A stretch of DNA of 64,000 nucleotides from an uncultured Candidatus Saccharibacteria bacterium (GCA_964585475.1 CAZPDF010000006.1:8531-72530), one strand, 5' to 3'. Numbered from the stretch's first letter, positions 48,516 through 58,881 are shown. Translations and numbers: made by a program. The notes: generated from the letters alone by a model not told the origin.

Positions 48516-49457
48516 CTACCGCTTAAAAGAACCGGCTATGATCATTCTACCACGTGGTCCTTTGATAAGCCACGGCGGAAGCGCTCCACGTTCCTTCAGG
48601 TGATAAAATATGTCGAGTGCTATTTTGGAAAATATAAGAACCGTAAGAAATGCCGCGGTCGAATGAAATAAAAATGTGAATATGCCTCCGAAGACAATGG
48701 TTAAATGCATTATTCCGATCCGCTTATACGGTCGCATCATTTGTCCTGCGGGAGAAATGGAGAGAAATTCCTGTTTGCCTATGAAGTTCATTGCATAGGA
48801 GATTCCGTGGCTGGTTACGAGCGCTGCGACAGAGCCGAAAATAGAAAGGAGGGATGCGGAAGTAAGGAGAGAAGGCGTGTAAAATTTAGATGAAGCTGAT
48901 GCAAAAATAAAAATACCTAAAAACAAAGCATGAAAAGCCATAAACATCCCGTACTGCTGAATAAAAAACCAAGTAAGCCCCCCTTCTTTAATAGCCGTTG
49001 CTGCGGACGTACTATTTATGCGATAGCCGCGAAGTTCGTTTATCTCTTCCGGAGTGGAGACGGCAGCTGCTTTTTGCAATTTTAAAATGCTGTAAAACCC
49101 GACTACAGCGCTCTCGAACCAATAAAGAATTAATAGCGAGAACACATCCCATTTGAAAAAGAATACCCCGAGAAACGGCATCAGGTTTGAGGCAACTAAG
49201 ACGAGAACCGATGGATAAATGCGGATAAATCGAAAGGTAACGACGGTTGCATACGGAACATTTCGAATAAGTCGAAAAGTAAAGATAGCCGCCTGCGGAG
49301 CATACCGGATGACCTTAATTGCCGCTTTCAATACTTCACGTATGATTCGGAAAAACATCCATAGCCAGAAAATGAGGAACGAGATAAATATAAGTATAAA
49401 AAGCGCGGGCAAAAAATATTGCGGGAGTGTGTTAAAGAAATAGTCCATTAACGCCAA
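48516..49457 (-). CDS. Membrane protein (DUF6498-like)
   Basis: NL.PFLGVFFF.W....L.LYW.E; PYKRI..MH. Confidence 0.7.
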   Translation of the reverse strand: MALMDYFFNTLPQYFLPALFILIFISFLIFWLWMFFRIIREVLKAAIKVIRYAPQAAIFTFRLIRNVPYATVVTFRFIRIYPSVLVLVASNLMPFLGVFFFKWDVFSLLILYWFESAVVGFYSILKLQKAAAVSTPEEINELRGYRINSTSAATAIKEGGLTWFFIQQYGMFMAFHALFLGIFIFASASSKFYTPSLLTSASLLSIFGSVAALVTSHGISYAMNFIGKQEFLSISPAGQMMRPYKRIGIMHLTIVFGGIFTFLFHSTAAFLTVLIFSKIALDIFYHLKERGALPPWLIKGPRGRMIIAGSFKR

Positions 49458-49473
49458 ATTGGCAGCGCTTTTT

Positions 49474-50589
49474 CTACTCGAATAAGCTCTTTAATAAACC
49501 CATTAACTCTCGGAGGAGTTGAGATATACGAAACAATACCTGTTGCGGAATCCCCCTAGGAGGACTTTCCGGGCGTTTCTCTTCGGCCGTTTCGCTGGCT
49601 TCGGCAGGCAAGGAAGGAAGCTCCGGCGCGGGTTTCTTTTCTTTTGGTTCCGGCGTAACCGGTTTTGGAGTTGGCGCGGGTTTAGGAGTAACGGCCGGAG
49701 GCGGCAGAGGAGGAGGGACGACCGGAACAACCGGTACGGGCGTCGGCAGGGCGGGTGCCGGAAGCGGGAGTGTGGGAGGCGGTGCCGGTTTAGTTATCGG
49801 GGTTGGTTTGTCGGTTGAGAAAGCGTGGTACAAATCAAGAGGTTTAAATGTGGAGCTTGACCACTGCGCAATGATAAATGCTTTATAGGTCTTACTTGGA
49901 TCAGGCGCGGGGCCGGCGTAGGCCGTTTGATTTCCGCGATTGATCTCGGTCTTTGACCAAATTACTTTTTCTCCATCGTGCAGTTTGATAATGTAGAGAA
50001 TTTGATTCTCCGGCCAGCCGGGAACGCTGGTCCATTCAAGTTGCGGTTGGAGAGCCACGACGTCGAACGAACCAAGCACATGAACGTTAAACACTTGAGA
50101 TGGCGCGCCTTCGTTTCCGGATGAATCCGCCGCCGCAGCATAATAGCTGTAGATTCCCGGTGGATAGACCGAAGGCGACTCATAAAGCGGCACCGGCAGG
50201 GTTGTGAGAAGCGCAGTATTGAATTTTTTAATTATCCACGTATTTTCCAGGCGGCTTAACGCCCATGTTCCGGATTTGTCATACGTATTTCCGCTGACAG
50301 CCAGCAGATTTTTAAATTCTGCAATACGGCTGAAGCCGGAGGCGCCCGGCCGTTTTTCATAAAAGCGAAAGGAGCTTAAATCGCTCGTACTCTCCTCATA
50401 TTTAAAAGTAAAATCAAAGTGGATTTTATTCCAAGATGCATCCGAATCGCTCCCTTGGGCGAACCGCGCCCCTAAGCCGTACCCCTGCTTGACAACGATG
50501 GGGGCGCCTATTGCGCCTGCCTCATTTGCCTGCAGTGCAATCCCCAATAATGCCATATTCAGGACGATAAAAATTTTTTTATGATCCAT
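49474..50589 (-). CDS. Secreted protein with beta-rich (FN3-like) domains and a Pro-rich stalk
   Basis: Signal peptide; YSYYAAAADSSGNEG.PS; long P-rich region. Confidence 0.7.
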   Translation of the reverse strand: MDHKKIFIVLNMALLGIALQANEAGAIGAPIVVKQGYGLGARFAQGSDSDASWNKIHFDFTFKYEESTSDLSSFRFYEKRPGASGFSRIAEFKNLLAVSGNTYDKSGTWALSRLENTWIIKKFNTALLTTLPVPLYESPSVYPPGIYSYYAAAADSSGNEGAPSQVFNVHVLGSFDVVALQPQLEWTSVPGWPENQILYIIKLHDGEKVIWSKTEINRGNQTAYAGPAPDPSKTYKAFIIAQWSSSTFKPLDLYHAFSTDKPTPITKPAPPPTLPLPAPALPTPVPVVPVVPPPLPPPAVTPKPAPTPKPVTPEPKEKKPAPELPSLPAEASETAEEKRPESPPRGIPQQVLFRISQLLRELMGLLKSLFE

Positions 50590-51133
50590 GATCCATTATA
50601 AAGGCGGGTTGAACATAAATTGCTAAGGCAAAATATGTCCTTTCCGTGGCTTTACAATAGTTTGAAAACTTACCTTGCTTAATTATACCTCAAACCAGCA
50701 GAAAAGTAATCAACAATAAACAAAATGGTCTGGACTTCTAGACCGTTTTGTTGTCTCTTGTCGGATTTCCGAGGCATTTCGGCCTTCGCCGACTGAAGTC
50801 GGCTACGACCGATGAAGGTCGGTCACTCGACTCGTGGTGAGCCGTGTCGAACCATCCTTCAACTTTCTTCGATTCTACTCAGGACAAGTCGTTCAGGATA
50901 AATTATTTGATGGTGAGCAAAAGCGAACCATAAAAAATGTTGTCTGCGGTGACGATGTCCGGAAGTTTGAACCGAAAACGTGGCTCAAATTCAAGAATCT
51001 TGATAAAAGCATACGTGAATTACGGGCTATGTTCAAGCAACACCCTCAATGGTTTGAGGTGCCGAAACCGAAGTCCGATAAGGGGCAAAATGCAGTGGAT
51101 TATTCGGTTGAGTAAACTAGGGCTTCCGCTTGA

Positions 51134-52030
51134 TTAGGATATCTGCTTTTCAAACTCACTATCCAGTTTTTGGAAGTTCTCGGTTATTCTAAAGAACTCA
51201 TGAATCCTATCACTTTCTTTTCTACCAATAGTATTTGAGCGTCCTTTGTAATTTATAAGCTCGATTTTGGGATAGGAAAAACACGCATCAATGCCACGGC
51301 TTTTGTGAATGACGTGGAAATGCCTTGGGTTATGGTCACCACTGTAAACTCGGAATTCAAACCCCTCCATTCGCCCAGCAATACCGTGAAACAGGGGGCC
51401 TCGCCACTCAATGGCATCTTTGTATTTTTCTGCGAGCTCCTTTTCTTGTTTGTCTTCTTCAGACTCGGAAAATGCTTCGAAGCTACTATCCGATTGCTCA
51501 AATATCCCAAAAACTCCCTCTAAAATTTCCCTGCTATATATGATACTTTTCCTGATTTTTGCCGACTCGTTGTTATAATTTTTAAGATCCGCTTCATACT
51601 GAAGAACTCTTTTGCCGATGCCTTTGTGTTTTTCGTCGATCTCTGGGCCGACTTCACCTTCCGGTTCAAAACCATTAACGATCAGAGGAACGAAAAAAAT
51701 ACAGCCTTCCTTATGCCCGCTCAACTTGAGCGTAATACGACCTTGAGACTTTGCAATAAATGGCACATTAAACTGACTAAACTGGGCTGTAGTTGAAAAG
51801 TAAAGTTTTTTCTTAAATACAGAAAACAAATCATGTCTAACATAGGCGGTAACAGTAGAGGCAAATTCAAGACCATCAATATCAAGAAATCCTCCCAAGA
51901 CTCTGTAATCCATGCCGCCCCAACTTGTTTTTAGCCAAGACTTAGGAATTCGACCTGACAGGACAAATTCTGCCCCAACACGTTCGTGTGGTTTTGGGGA
52001 TATTATTTCAATTTCATCTATTTGCTTCAT
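51134..52030 (-). CDS. Hypothetical protein: Ig-like N-terminus plus DUF4160-like C-terminal domain
   Basis: IEIISPK...V...F.LSG; FRVYSGDHNPRHFHV. Confidence 0.6.
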   Translation of the reverse strand: MKQIDEIEIISPKPHERVGAEFVLSGRIPKSWLKTSWGGMDYRVLGGFLDIDGLEFASTVTAYVRHDLFSVFKKKLYFSTTAQFSQFNVPFIAKSQGRITLKLSGHKEGCIFFVPLIVNGFEPEGEVGPEIDEKHKGIGKRVLQYEADLKNYNNESAKIRKSIIYSREILEGVFGIFEQSDSSFEAFSESEEDKQEKELAEKYKDAIEWRGPLFHGIAGRMEGFEFRVYSGDHNPRHFHVIHKSRGIDACFSYPKIELINYKGRSNTIGRKESDRIHEFFRITENFQKLDSEFEKQIS

Positions 52031-52084
52031 TTGTGTGGATAACTTAACTTGTATACATTCTATTTATTTTCTATAATAGTATAT

Positions 52085-53950
52085 ATGCTCACAAAAAAGC
52101 AAACACAAGTCCTAGATTTCATAAAGGCTTATATGGCAAAGCATAGCTATGCCCCCTCCCTCGATGAGATCAAGAAGAAGTTTAAGCTCGCCTCTGTATC
52201 TACTGCTCATTACTACATAAGCAAATTACAAGATGCTGGTTTTTTGAATAAAGAACACAATCAACCTCGTGCTGTTTCGACCGTTAAAGCAAAACAGACT
52301 GTTGAAGTTCCCATTTTAGGAGCAATCGCGGCAGGTGAGCCTATTGAGGCGATAGAAATTCCTGACGAAACAATAACGATCACAAGAGATGAAATTGGAA
52401 AGCAGGGCAAGCACTATGCTTTGCGTGTGCAAGGTAGCAGTATGATTGATGAGGGTATTTTTGATGGCGATATTGTCGTTATACGCAAACAAGAAGTAGC
52501 AGAAAATGGTCAAACTGTTGTGGCGGTCATTGATGATAACGAGGCGACACTCAAAAAACTGTATCGTGAAAATGGAAAGTTTAGACTTCAACCGGCAAAT
52601 CCAACACTATCTCCAATTTATCGTGATGAAGTGGAAGTGAGAGGTGTAGTTGTAAAGATTATTCGAAACCTCGAATCACAACTGGATCAAGGACAATCAA
52701 GGGATGAGAAGTATGTCCGTAAAATAGATTATTCATGGGACTACAGAGGAGAAAAAACAAAGTCGTATACGCACGGAATACATACCTATCCGGCGATGTT
52801 CATTCCACAAGTCGGACGAAGATTGTTAGAAACTTATAGTAAAGAGGGCGATACAATTTGTGATATTTTCTGTGGCTCTGGTTCAGCCTTAGTCGAAAGT
52901 AGGTTGATAGGGAGAAATGCTTACGGCATTGATCTCAATCCTTTGGCCATTTTTCTTGCGAAAGCAAAAACAACTCCAATCAATCCACAAAAACTAACCA
53001 AAGAATACATTATCCTGCTCAGCAGAGTAGAAAAAATAAAGGACAATGAGATAAAAAGACCTGATTTTAAGAATATTGATTTTTGGTTTAAGGACAAGGT
53101 AATAGTTAAACTTGCGAAACTAAAGAAAGCTATACAAGAAATAAAAGACGAGACCATTCAGAATTTCTTGATGGTTGCTTTTAGTGAGACAGTTCGGTAT
53201 TCCTCAAATACAAAGACTGGAGAGTTTAAGTTGGTGCGTGTTAAAGGAGAAAAACTGGAAAAGCATGATCCTGATATCTTGGGCATATTTCGAAAAAATG
53301 CAGAGAAAAATATCGCAGGTATGACGGATTTTTATAAAGATGCAAAAAATGATTCATGGACAAAAATAATCTATGGTGATTCATCAAAAGATAACGGAAT
53401 AAAAGCAAATTCTATTGATTGCATCATCACCTCACCGCCATATGGCGATAGTCGCACTACAGTAGCTTACGGACAGTTTTCTAGACTCTCGGCGCAGTGG
53501 ATTGATGTGTTTGAAGATCCAAATGACGCCTCTGGGGTAGATAACGATCTTCTCGGGGGTAGAGCTACTAAAAATTTAACCCATACACTTTCATCAGCTT
53601 ATCTTAAGGAATCATTAGACAAAATTGTGAAGCAAGACGAAGCAAGAGCAAAAGATGTATTAAGTTTTAATCTTGGATTGAATGAATGTCTGAAACAAGC
53701 TCACAGAATACTTAAACCAAGAAAGTATTTTTGTCTTGTTGTCGGAAATAGATTAGTCAAACAAGTACGAATTCCCACCGACTTTATTATTGCTGAATTA
53801 GCAGAAAAGATAGGTTTTACTTGTGAAGATATAGCCGTTCGAAATATCCCCGGCAAAAGAATGCCAATCAAAAATTCTCCAACGAATATTGTGGGTGCTT
53901 TAGAGGAAACAATGAACAAGGAAAGTATTGTTGTGCTAAGAAAGAATTAG
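52085..53950 (+). CDS. LexA repressor fused to an N4-cytosine DNA methyltransferase
   Basis: LTKKQ..VL.FI..YAPS HTH, AAGEP cleavage site, GSSM Ser, TLKK Lys; then HTYPAMF, DIFCGSGS, TSPPY. Confidence 0.9.
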   Translation: MLTKKQTQVLDFIKAYMAKHSYAPSLDEIKKKFKLASVSTAHYYISKLQDAGFLNKEHNQPRAVSTVKAKQTVEVPILGAIAAGEPIEAIEIPDETITITRDEIGKQGKHYALRVQGSSMIDEGIFDGDIVVIRKQEVAENGQTVVAVIDDNEATLKKLYRENGKFRLQPANPTLSPIYRDEVEVRGVVVKIIRNLESQLDQGQSRDEKYVRKIDYSWDYRGEKTKSYTHGIHTYPAMFIPQVGRRLLETYSKEGDTICDIFCGSGSALVESRLIGRNAYGIDLNPLAIFLAKAKTTPINPQKLTKEYIILLSRVEKIKDNEIKRPDFKNIDFWFKDKVIVKLAKLKKAIQEIKDETIQNFLMVAFSETVRYSSNTKTGEFKLVRVKGEKLEKHDPDILGIFRKNAEKNIAGMTDFYKDAKNDSWTKIIYGDSSKDNGIKANSIDCIITSPPYGDSRTTVAYGQFSRLSAQWIDVFEDPNDASGVDNDLLGGRATKNLTHTLSSAYLKESLDKIVKQDEARAKDVLSFNLGLNECLKQAHRILKPRKYFCLVVGNRLVKQVRIPTDFIIAELAEKIGFTCEDIAVRNIPGKRMPIKNSPTNIVGALEETMNKESIVVLRKN

Positions 53951-54699
53951 AGAATCTTTTTCTGAATCTTAAACAAAAGTGGTAAAGATTTCTCAGTTAA
54001 GCGGAATGCTGAGCCATGATCATGTGGTTTCCCCGCATTTTTACCACTATGGTATACGCCTAAGCGAATGTCATATTTTGAGTGAGCAAGAAACTTAGTC
54101 GGATCAATTTCTTTCAGAATATAAGCATCTTTGTAATGAAAATACTCATACCCCCGAATCTTTTTTGTTTCAGCACGAACCAATATCAACCCATCTCCTA
54201 TTTTTTCGATAGCTTTTTTCCTCAAAAACGCCAGACTGTAATATCCTAAAAGTTTGCCTTTTTTGAGAATCAGTAATTTCCCTTGTTTTTCATCAATAGT
54301 AGCCTGAAATCCCATACCGTTTCTTTTACCATCACTGATGGTCTGATGGAGAATTTTAATCTTAGGAAATTCAGGATCGGAATAACCAAAGCGTTTTCTT
54401 ATTTCAGCATTTGTAATACCCTCTGGACTCTTGGTGAATAGAGTCATCATTGAAAGAGTATTGAGTCTTTGCGATTTCAATTCCATTACTCCAAAATCTG
54501 GCAGAGCGATATTGTTTTCCGTAATACCAAGATAATCCTCTAGGGTTTTACCTATCCCAGTATTATGACTCCGGTTAGATTTAATCCATCCCTTTTTGGA
54601 GAGTTCTTGAAGTGCTTTCCTAATTTGGGTTAATGTTCGTTTTTGCATATTACTTTTGTCCAAGAAACCCCTATTTTGTTTAGGTTCGAACTTGGACAT
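53947..54699 (-). CDS. MvaI/BcnI-family type II restriction endonuclease
   Basis: TGIGKTLE..LGI.ENN...PD....ELKS, TLFTK.P, HDHGSAFR. Confidence 0.9.
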   Translation of the reverse strand: MSKFEPKQNRGFLDKSNMQKRTLTQIRKALQELSKKGWIKSNRSHNTGIGKTLEDYLGITENNIALPDFGVMELKSQRLNTLSMMTLFTKSPEGITNAEIRKRFGYSDPEFPKIKILHQTISDGKRNGMGFQATIDEKQGKLLILKKGKLLGYYSLAFLRKKAIEKIGDGLILVRAETKKIRGYEYFHYKDAYILKEIDPTKFLAHSKYDIRLGVYHSGKNAGKPHDHGSAFRLTEKSLPLLFKIQKKIL

Positions 54700-54700
54700 C

Positions 54701-55002
54701 TGGCGGTGGGAGGAGGATTTGAACCTCCGACACCCGTAAAGGTGTTCCGGTTTTCCTTGCCCGCACTAAAATTTGGATTTTCGGAAGCGGGAGGATTTGA
54801 ACCCACGATACGGATTTAAACCCGTATAACAGGTTAGCAACCTGCCGCTTTGTTTTTGCGCATTTTTGATTAGCGCAAAAACCCCGGCTGCGTTCGTAGG
54901 CACAAAATGGAGAGGGCGAGATTCAAACTCGCGAGGGACTTTCATCCCTAACACCTTAGCACGGTGCCGCTTTGTTCTCGCCGAGATTGACTCGGCGAGA
55001 AC
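54701..55002 (-). pseudogene. Three tRNA-Ser 3' halves (two GCT, one GGA), each preceded by a palindromic element end
   Basis: Halves at about 54908-54973, 54782-54851 and 54701-54756 with anticodon arm, long variable arm, T-arm and acceptor. Confidence 0.8.
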
Positions 55003-55027
55003 CCGGAGCGCTTCTCTATGTTCACGG

Positions 55028-55114
55028 CGGAGGCGGCAGGATTTGAACCTGCGAAAGGATTTCTCCTTTAACACCTTAGCACGGTGCCGCTTTAAACCGC
55101 TCAGCCACGCCTCC
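55028..55114 (-). tRNA. tRNA-Ser(GCT), intact, centre of the nested array
   Basis: GGAGGCG/CGCCTCC acceptor; GCACC-GTGCTAA-GGTGT; long variable arm; GTTCAAATC. Confidence 0.92.
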
Positions 55115-55141
55115 GCCGTGAACACAATATAAAGTGCGCTC

Positions 55142-55458
55142 GCTAAATGTAACGTTAGTTACATTTAGCCCACTCAGCCACGCCTCCACGTATTTAATTC
55201 TCGGCGGTGCCTCGATCAAAAAACTGTACGGCTGAGTGTCCGCCGGGGCGGTCTTTTGACCGCCCGTTCAAAGCTGCGCTTGCTCGCTTTGAACCCACTC
55301 AGCCACGCCTCCGCTATAGACCCAATGCAATGTGCGCCCGTCAAAAACAAAATTGTTTGCTTTTGACCCGCTAAGCCACCTCTCCGTTTTGTGTCCAATG
55401 CAAGGTGCAGCCGTTTAACGTGCCTTTAGGCACGTTAAACCCACTCAGCCACACCTTC
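55142..55458 (-). pseudogene. Four tRNA-Ser 5' fragments, each truncated in the D-loop by a 28-29 nt hairpin
   Basis: Acceptor-TGGCT(G/T)AG(T/C)GG at 55440-55458, 55367-55385, 55294-55312 and 55169-55187. Confidence 0.8.
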
Positions 55459-55519
55459 TCCTGCGCAATATTAACATAATTATCGTGTTTACTCAAGGGA
55501 ATGTGGTATAATAAATTCA

Positions 55520-56764
55520 ATGGCTATATTTACTTATTCGGCGGCGGAACGTAGCGGCGCGGTGCAAAAAGGAGAAAAAGAGGCCGAAAATGAGAAAGCT
55601 TTGGCACAGGCCCTTAAGACAGAGGGGCTGTTTCTTTTGGAAGCCAAAGAGCTGGGGAAACAAGGGGGATTTTCGCTTCTGCATGCCAATATTAAGTTGG
55701 GTGAGATTCTCTCGCGCATCCGGCCAATCGGCTTGGTGGACAAGATGTTTTTTGCGAGAAACCTCGGCGTGATGCTTGGCGCGGGCCTTTCCCTTACGCG
55801 GGCCATTGATGCGCTGGTGCAGGAGTCATCCAACGCAAAATTTAAAAAGATTTTGGACGAGGTGAATAGCTCGGTCGTCAAAGGCAACACTTTCGCCGAC
55901 TCCCTGCGGATCCACGAGGATGTTTTCGGGTCACTTTTTGTGAATATGATTGAGGTGGGGGAGACGACCGGAAAACTTACCATGGTTTTGAATTTGCTTG
56001 CGAACCAAATGAAGAAGGATCATAACCTCCGGCGCAAAGTGAAAGGAGCCATGATTTATCCGGCCATAATCATTATGGCATTGGTCGGCATCGGATCCGG
56101 AATGTTGATTTTTGTCGTTCCGACACTTGCCGCCACCATTAAAGAACTTGGGGTGGAGCTTCCCCTTACTACGCGGATCATTATTGCCTTAAGCGACATT
56201 TTGGTAAATTACGCCGTTTGGGTGTTTATCGGGCTTCTGGTTTTTGTTTTGCTTTTTTGGAGGGCGTTGAAAAGCGCGCGGGGTAAATCTATATTCGACC
56301 GCCTGGTTTTGCATTTCCCAATTTTTGGAGAGTTGGTACGCAAATTCAACGTGGCGCGGTTTTGTAGAACTCTTGCTTATCTAATAACTTCTGGCGTCCC
56401 GATTGTGCGGTCTTTGGAGATTACCGCATCGGTTCTGGGCAATACGCTATTTCGCAATGCGGCGCGCGAGGCCGCGGTGGAGATTCAGAAAGGAAAACAG
56501 CTTCATGAAATTTTGCAGGGGCATGTCTCGCTCTTTTTGCCGATTGTGATCCAGATGATCAGCGTGGGGGAGGAGACCGGAAAGATTTCAAGCATGATGC
56601 TGCGCCTGGCCATATTTTTTGAAGAGGACGTGACGAATGCCACCAAAAATCTTTCGACCATCATTGAGCCCTTGCTCATGCTTATTATCGGCGCAGGGGT
56701 TGGCTTTTTCGCAGTCTCCATGTTGCAACCAATTTACGGCAGTTTGGGGAATATAGGAGGATAA
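55520..56764 (+). CDS. pilC: Type IV pilus platform protein PilC / GspF
   Basis: FARNLGVML.AGL, GETTGKL, AMIYP, SGVPI, GEETGK, EPLLM. Confidence 0.95.
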   Translation: MAIFTYSAAERSGAVQKGEKEAENEKALAQALKTEGLFLLEAKELGKQGGFSLLHANIKLGEILSRIRPIGLVDKMFFARNLGVMLGAGLSLTRAIDALVQESSNAKFKKILDEVNSSVVKGNTFADSLRIHEDVFGSLFVNMIEVGETTGKLTMVLNLLANQMKKDHNLRRKVKGAMIYPAIIIMALVGIGSGMLIFVVPTLAATIKELGVELPLTTRIIIALSDILVNYAVWVFIGLLVFVLLFWRALKSARGKSIFDRLVLHFPIFGELVRKFNVARFCRTLAYLITSGVPIVRSLEITASVLGNTLFRNAAREAAVEIQKGKQLHEILQGHVSLFLPIVIQMISVGEETGKISSMMLRLAIFFEEDVTNATKNLSTIIEPLLMLIIGAGVGFFAVSMLQPIYGSLGNIGG

Positions 56765-56809
56765 ACGATAAATTCGAAATCCTAATCTCTAAATTCTAGA
56801 CAAATCTTA

Positions 56810-57742
56810 ATGTTCCAAATCCAAAATTCCAAACACGCGTTTAGAATTTCGAATTTCGAATTTAGAATTTTCCCCAAAGGGGGTTTTACTCTTCTTGAAG
56901 TTCTAATTGTTTTAGGAATTTTGGGGTTAGTTGGCGGCATTGCGATTACTTCCTTTTTTGGTTCAAGAAATATTCGGGAGCTTGCAACATCCGGCGAGAA
57001 CGTGCTCTCGGTCCTGCGTCTGGCGCAGGCCAAGGCCCTCGGTAGCGAGGATGGTTCCCAGTGGGGGGTGTGGCTTGGGCAATCTCGGGTGATTCTTTTT
57101 CGAGGGCCCAGCTTTGCCGGATCAACTTCAACTCAGATTTTTGATCTGCCATCCAATCTGGAGATTGTAAATATCAATCTGGCCGGAGGCGGACAGGAGG
57201 TTTTGTTTAAGCGTCTTGATGGAGGTACTGATAACCCCGGAACATTCGATGCCAGGGTGCGAAGCGCCACGAATTTCATTTTTCCAATCGTGGTGGATGG
57301 TTCCGGAAAAGTATACCAATCTGCTACGGCCCCCTCGCCCACCGGAACCAGGATCATAGATGCCCGCCACCGCCAGTTTAACCTCGGCTGGAGCATTCAA
57401 AATTCGATTCAGCTGGTATTGGTATTTTCTAATCCCCCCGGTCCTAATTCCACGACCACCGTCACCATGGCGTCCTATTTTGATGTAGGGAAAACAAAAT
57501 TCGATTGGACGGACACTGTTGTGGTGGGCGGGCAGAATCAAACTCTGCGGATTCACACCACCCTGCTTAATTCCGTAAACACTACACTCTCCGTTGACCG
57601 GGATTGTCGGAAAAATACTAAAAAAGTAGACATAAGCATTGATTCCGGCGTCATTAACGACCTTCGGAATATTGCAACGTACGAGGCCGATTGCCAGACC
57701 ATTGCGGTAGGGGCTTTTGGGGGAACGATGAGTGAACCATAG
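56810..57742 (+). CDS. Prepilin-type (minor pilin) protein
   Basis: GFTLLEVLIVL class III signal; heptamer-encoded leader. Confidence 0.88.
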   Translation: MFQIQNSKHAFRISNFEFRIFPKGGFTLLEVLIVLGILGLVGGIAITSFFGSRNIRELATSGENVLSVLRLAQAKALGSEDGSQWGVWLGQSRVILFRGPSFAGSTSTQIFDLPSNLEIVNINLAGGGQEVLFKRLDGGTDNPGTFDARVRSATNFIFPIVVDGSGKVYQSATAPSPTGTRIIDARHRQFNLGWSIQNSIQLVLVFSNPPGPNSTTTVTMASYFDVGKTKFDWTDTVVVGGQNQTLRIHTTLLNSVNTTLSVDRDCRKNTKKVDISIDSGVINDLRNIATYEADCQTIAVGAFGGTMSEP

Positions 57743-57785
57743 AAAAAATCCTAAATCCTAATTTCTAAATTCTAAACAATAACTA

Positions 57786-58880
57786 ATGCTTAAAAATCTA
57801 AATCCCAAAACTCGTTTTGAATTTTGGAACATTCGAATTTTGAATTTGTTTCGAATTTCGAATTTCGAATTTCGAATTTCCCCCAATGGGGGGTTTGGTC
57901 TGGTTGAGATGGTGATTGTTACCGCGATTGTTTCGGGGTCCTTGTTTGCATTTTTACAGGCCGAGATTTTGTCTGTGCGGCTTTTGAGAAGCGAAAAAGA
58001 GAATTTGGAGGCAACGCTTCTGGCCGAGGAGGCGCTCGAAGCAGTGCGCTCGGTCCGCGATGAATCTTGGACGACCATCTCCGCCTCCACCACGAACGGC
58101 ACTATCTACTACCCCTCGGTTGAGAACGGAAAATGGAAACTTTCAACTTCCTCTCCGGGGATTATAAATGGCAAATACAAGCGATTCGTCATATTTAGTG
58201 AAGTTCTTCGTGATACGCAGGATCGAATAGCTGCGAGCGGCACCGCTGATCCCGATACGAGAAAAGTTACGGCGTACGCCACCACTACGACCAAGCAAAT
58301 AACGCTTGTTACCTATATTACCAATTTTCAGAGTTATCTTCCCCGGCCGACCGAGGCCAAAGTAATTTCTTTTGAGGGTGCGACGACAGATGCGAATCTT
58401 GCCAGTTTTCCGTCGAATAACTTGGGCGACGGAGACCCGGCGCAGGGATTTACCACCCTTGTCGACTCCCTCCAAGTTACGAAAGTTGAGCTCTATCTTC
58501 GCAGGACCACTGTCTCTCCGTCAGACGTTTACGCCGAACTTAGAACCACGGCGACCGGGACGGTCCTGGGCATCTCCAATATCATTACGGCCAGTACCAT
58601 CTCAAGTACGAGTCCGGCTTGGATTGAATTTAGGTTTCCCGACCCCGTAAATTTGAGCGCCCTTACCAAATATTATATTCGTCTCCGTAGTATTCCCGAT
58701 TCAACCGCTGTTGGCAGCGGTTCGGCCGGAAACATAAACTGGTTTTATCTGCAAACCGGCTCAAGCCCTTATGCCGGAGGAGAGGCCAGGCGTTATGTCG
58801 GACGGCTGTCTAACCCCACAGATGCGGGACAGCAACTGGATCAGTATGACTTTGGGTTTAGAGTGTACGCACTGCAATAA
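57786..58880 (+). CDS. Prepilin-type (PilV-like) protein
   Basis: GFGLVEMVIV; LAEEALEAVRS. Confidence 0.85.
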   Translation: MLKNLNPKTRFEFWNIRILNLFRISNFEFRISPNGGFGLVEMVIVTAIVSGSLFAFLQAEILSVRLLRSEKENLEATLLAEEALEAVRSVRDESWTTISASTTNGTIYYPSVENGKWKLSTSSPGIINGKYKRFVIFSEVLRDTQDRIAASGTADPDTRKVTAYATTTTKQITLVTYITNFQSYLPRPTEAKVISFEGATTDANLASFPSNNLGDGDPAQGFTTLVDSLQVTKVELYLRRTTVSPSDVYAELRTTATGTVLGISNIITASTISSTSPAWIEFRFPDPVNLSALTKYYIRLRSIPDSTAVGSGSAGNINWFYLQTGSSPYAGGEARRYVGRLSNPTDAGQQLDQYDFGFRVYALQ

Positions 58881-58881
58881 C

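Noticed and set aside
50834-51115. 93-aa ORF at the island edge
   Set aside because: Its start lies in palindromic repeats and it has no recognisable motif; possibly a gene remnant
50800-54700. Integrase-driven island or prophage at tRNA-Ser
   Set aside because: No integrase, phage genes or matching distal att repeat visible; only composition and position support foreign origin
54766-55398. Short ORFs with a repeated AEAWLSG peptide
   Set aside because: Translations of tRNA-Ser fragments
55142-55458. Repeat-spacer pattern resembling a CRISPR array
   Set aside because: The repeats are tRNA-Ser 5' ends, the spacers share structure and spacing is irregular; no cas genes
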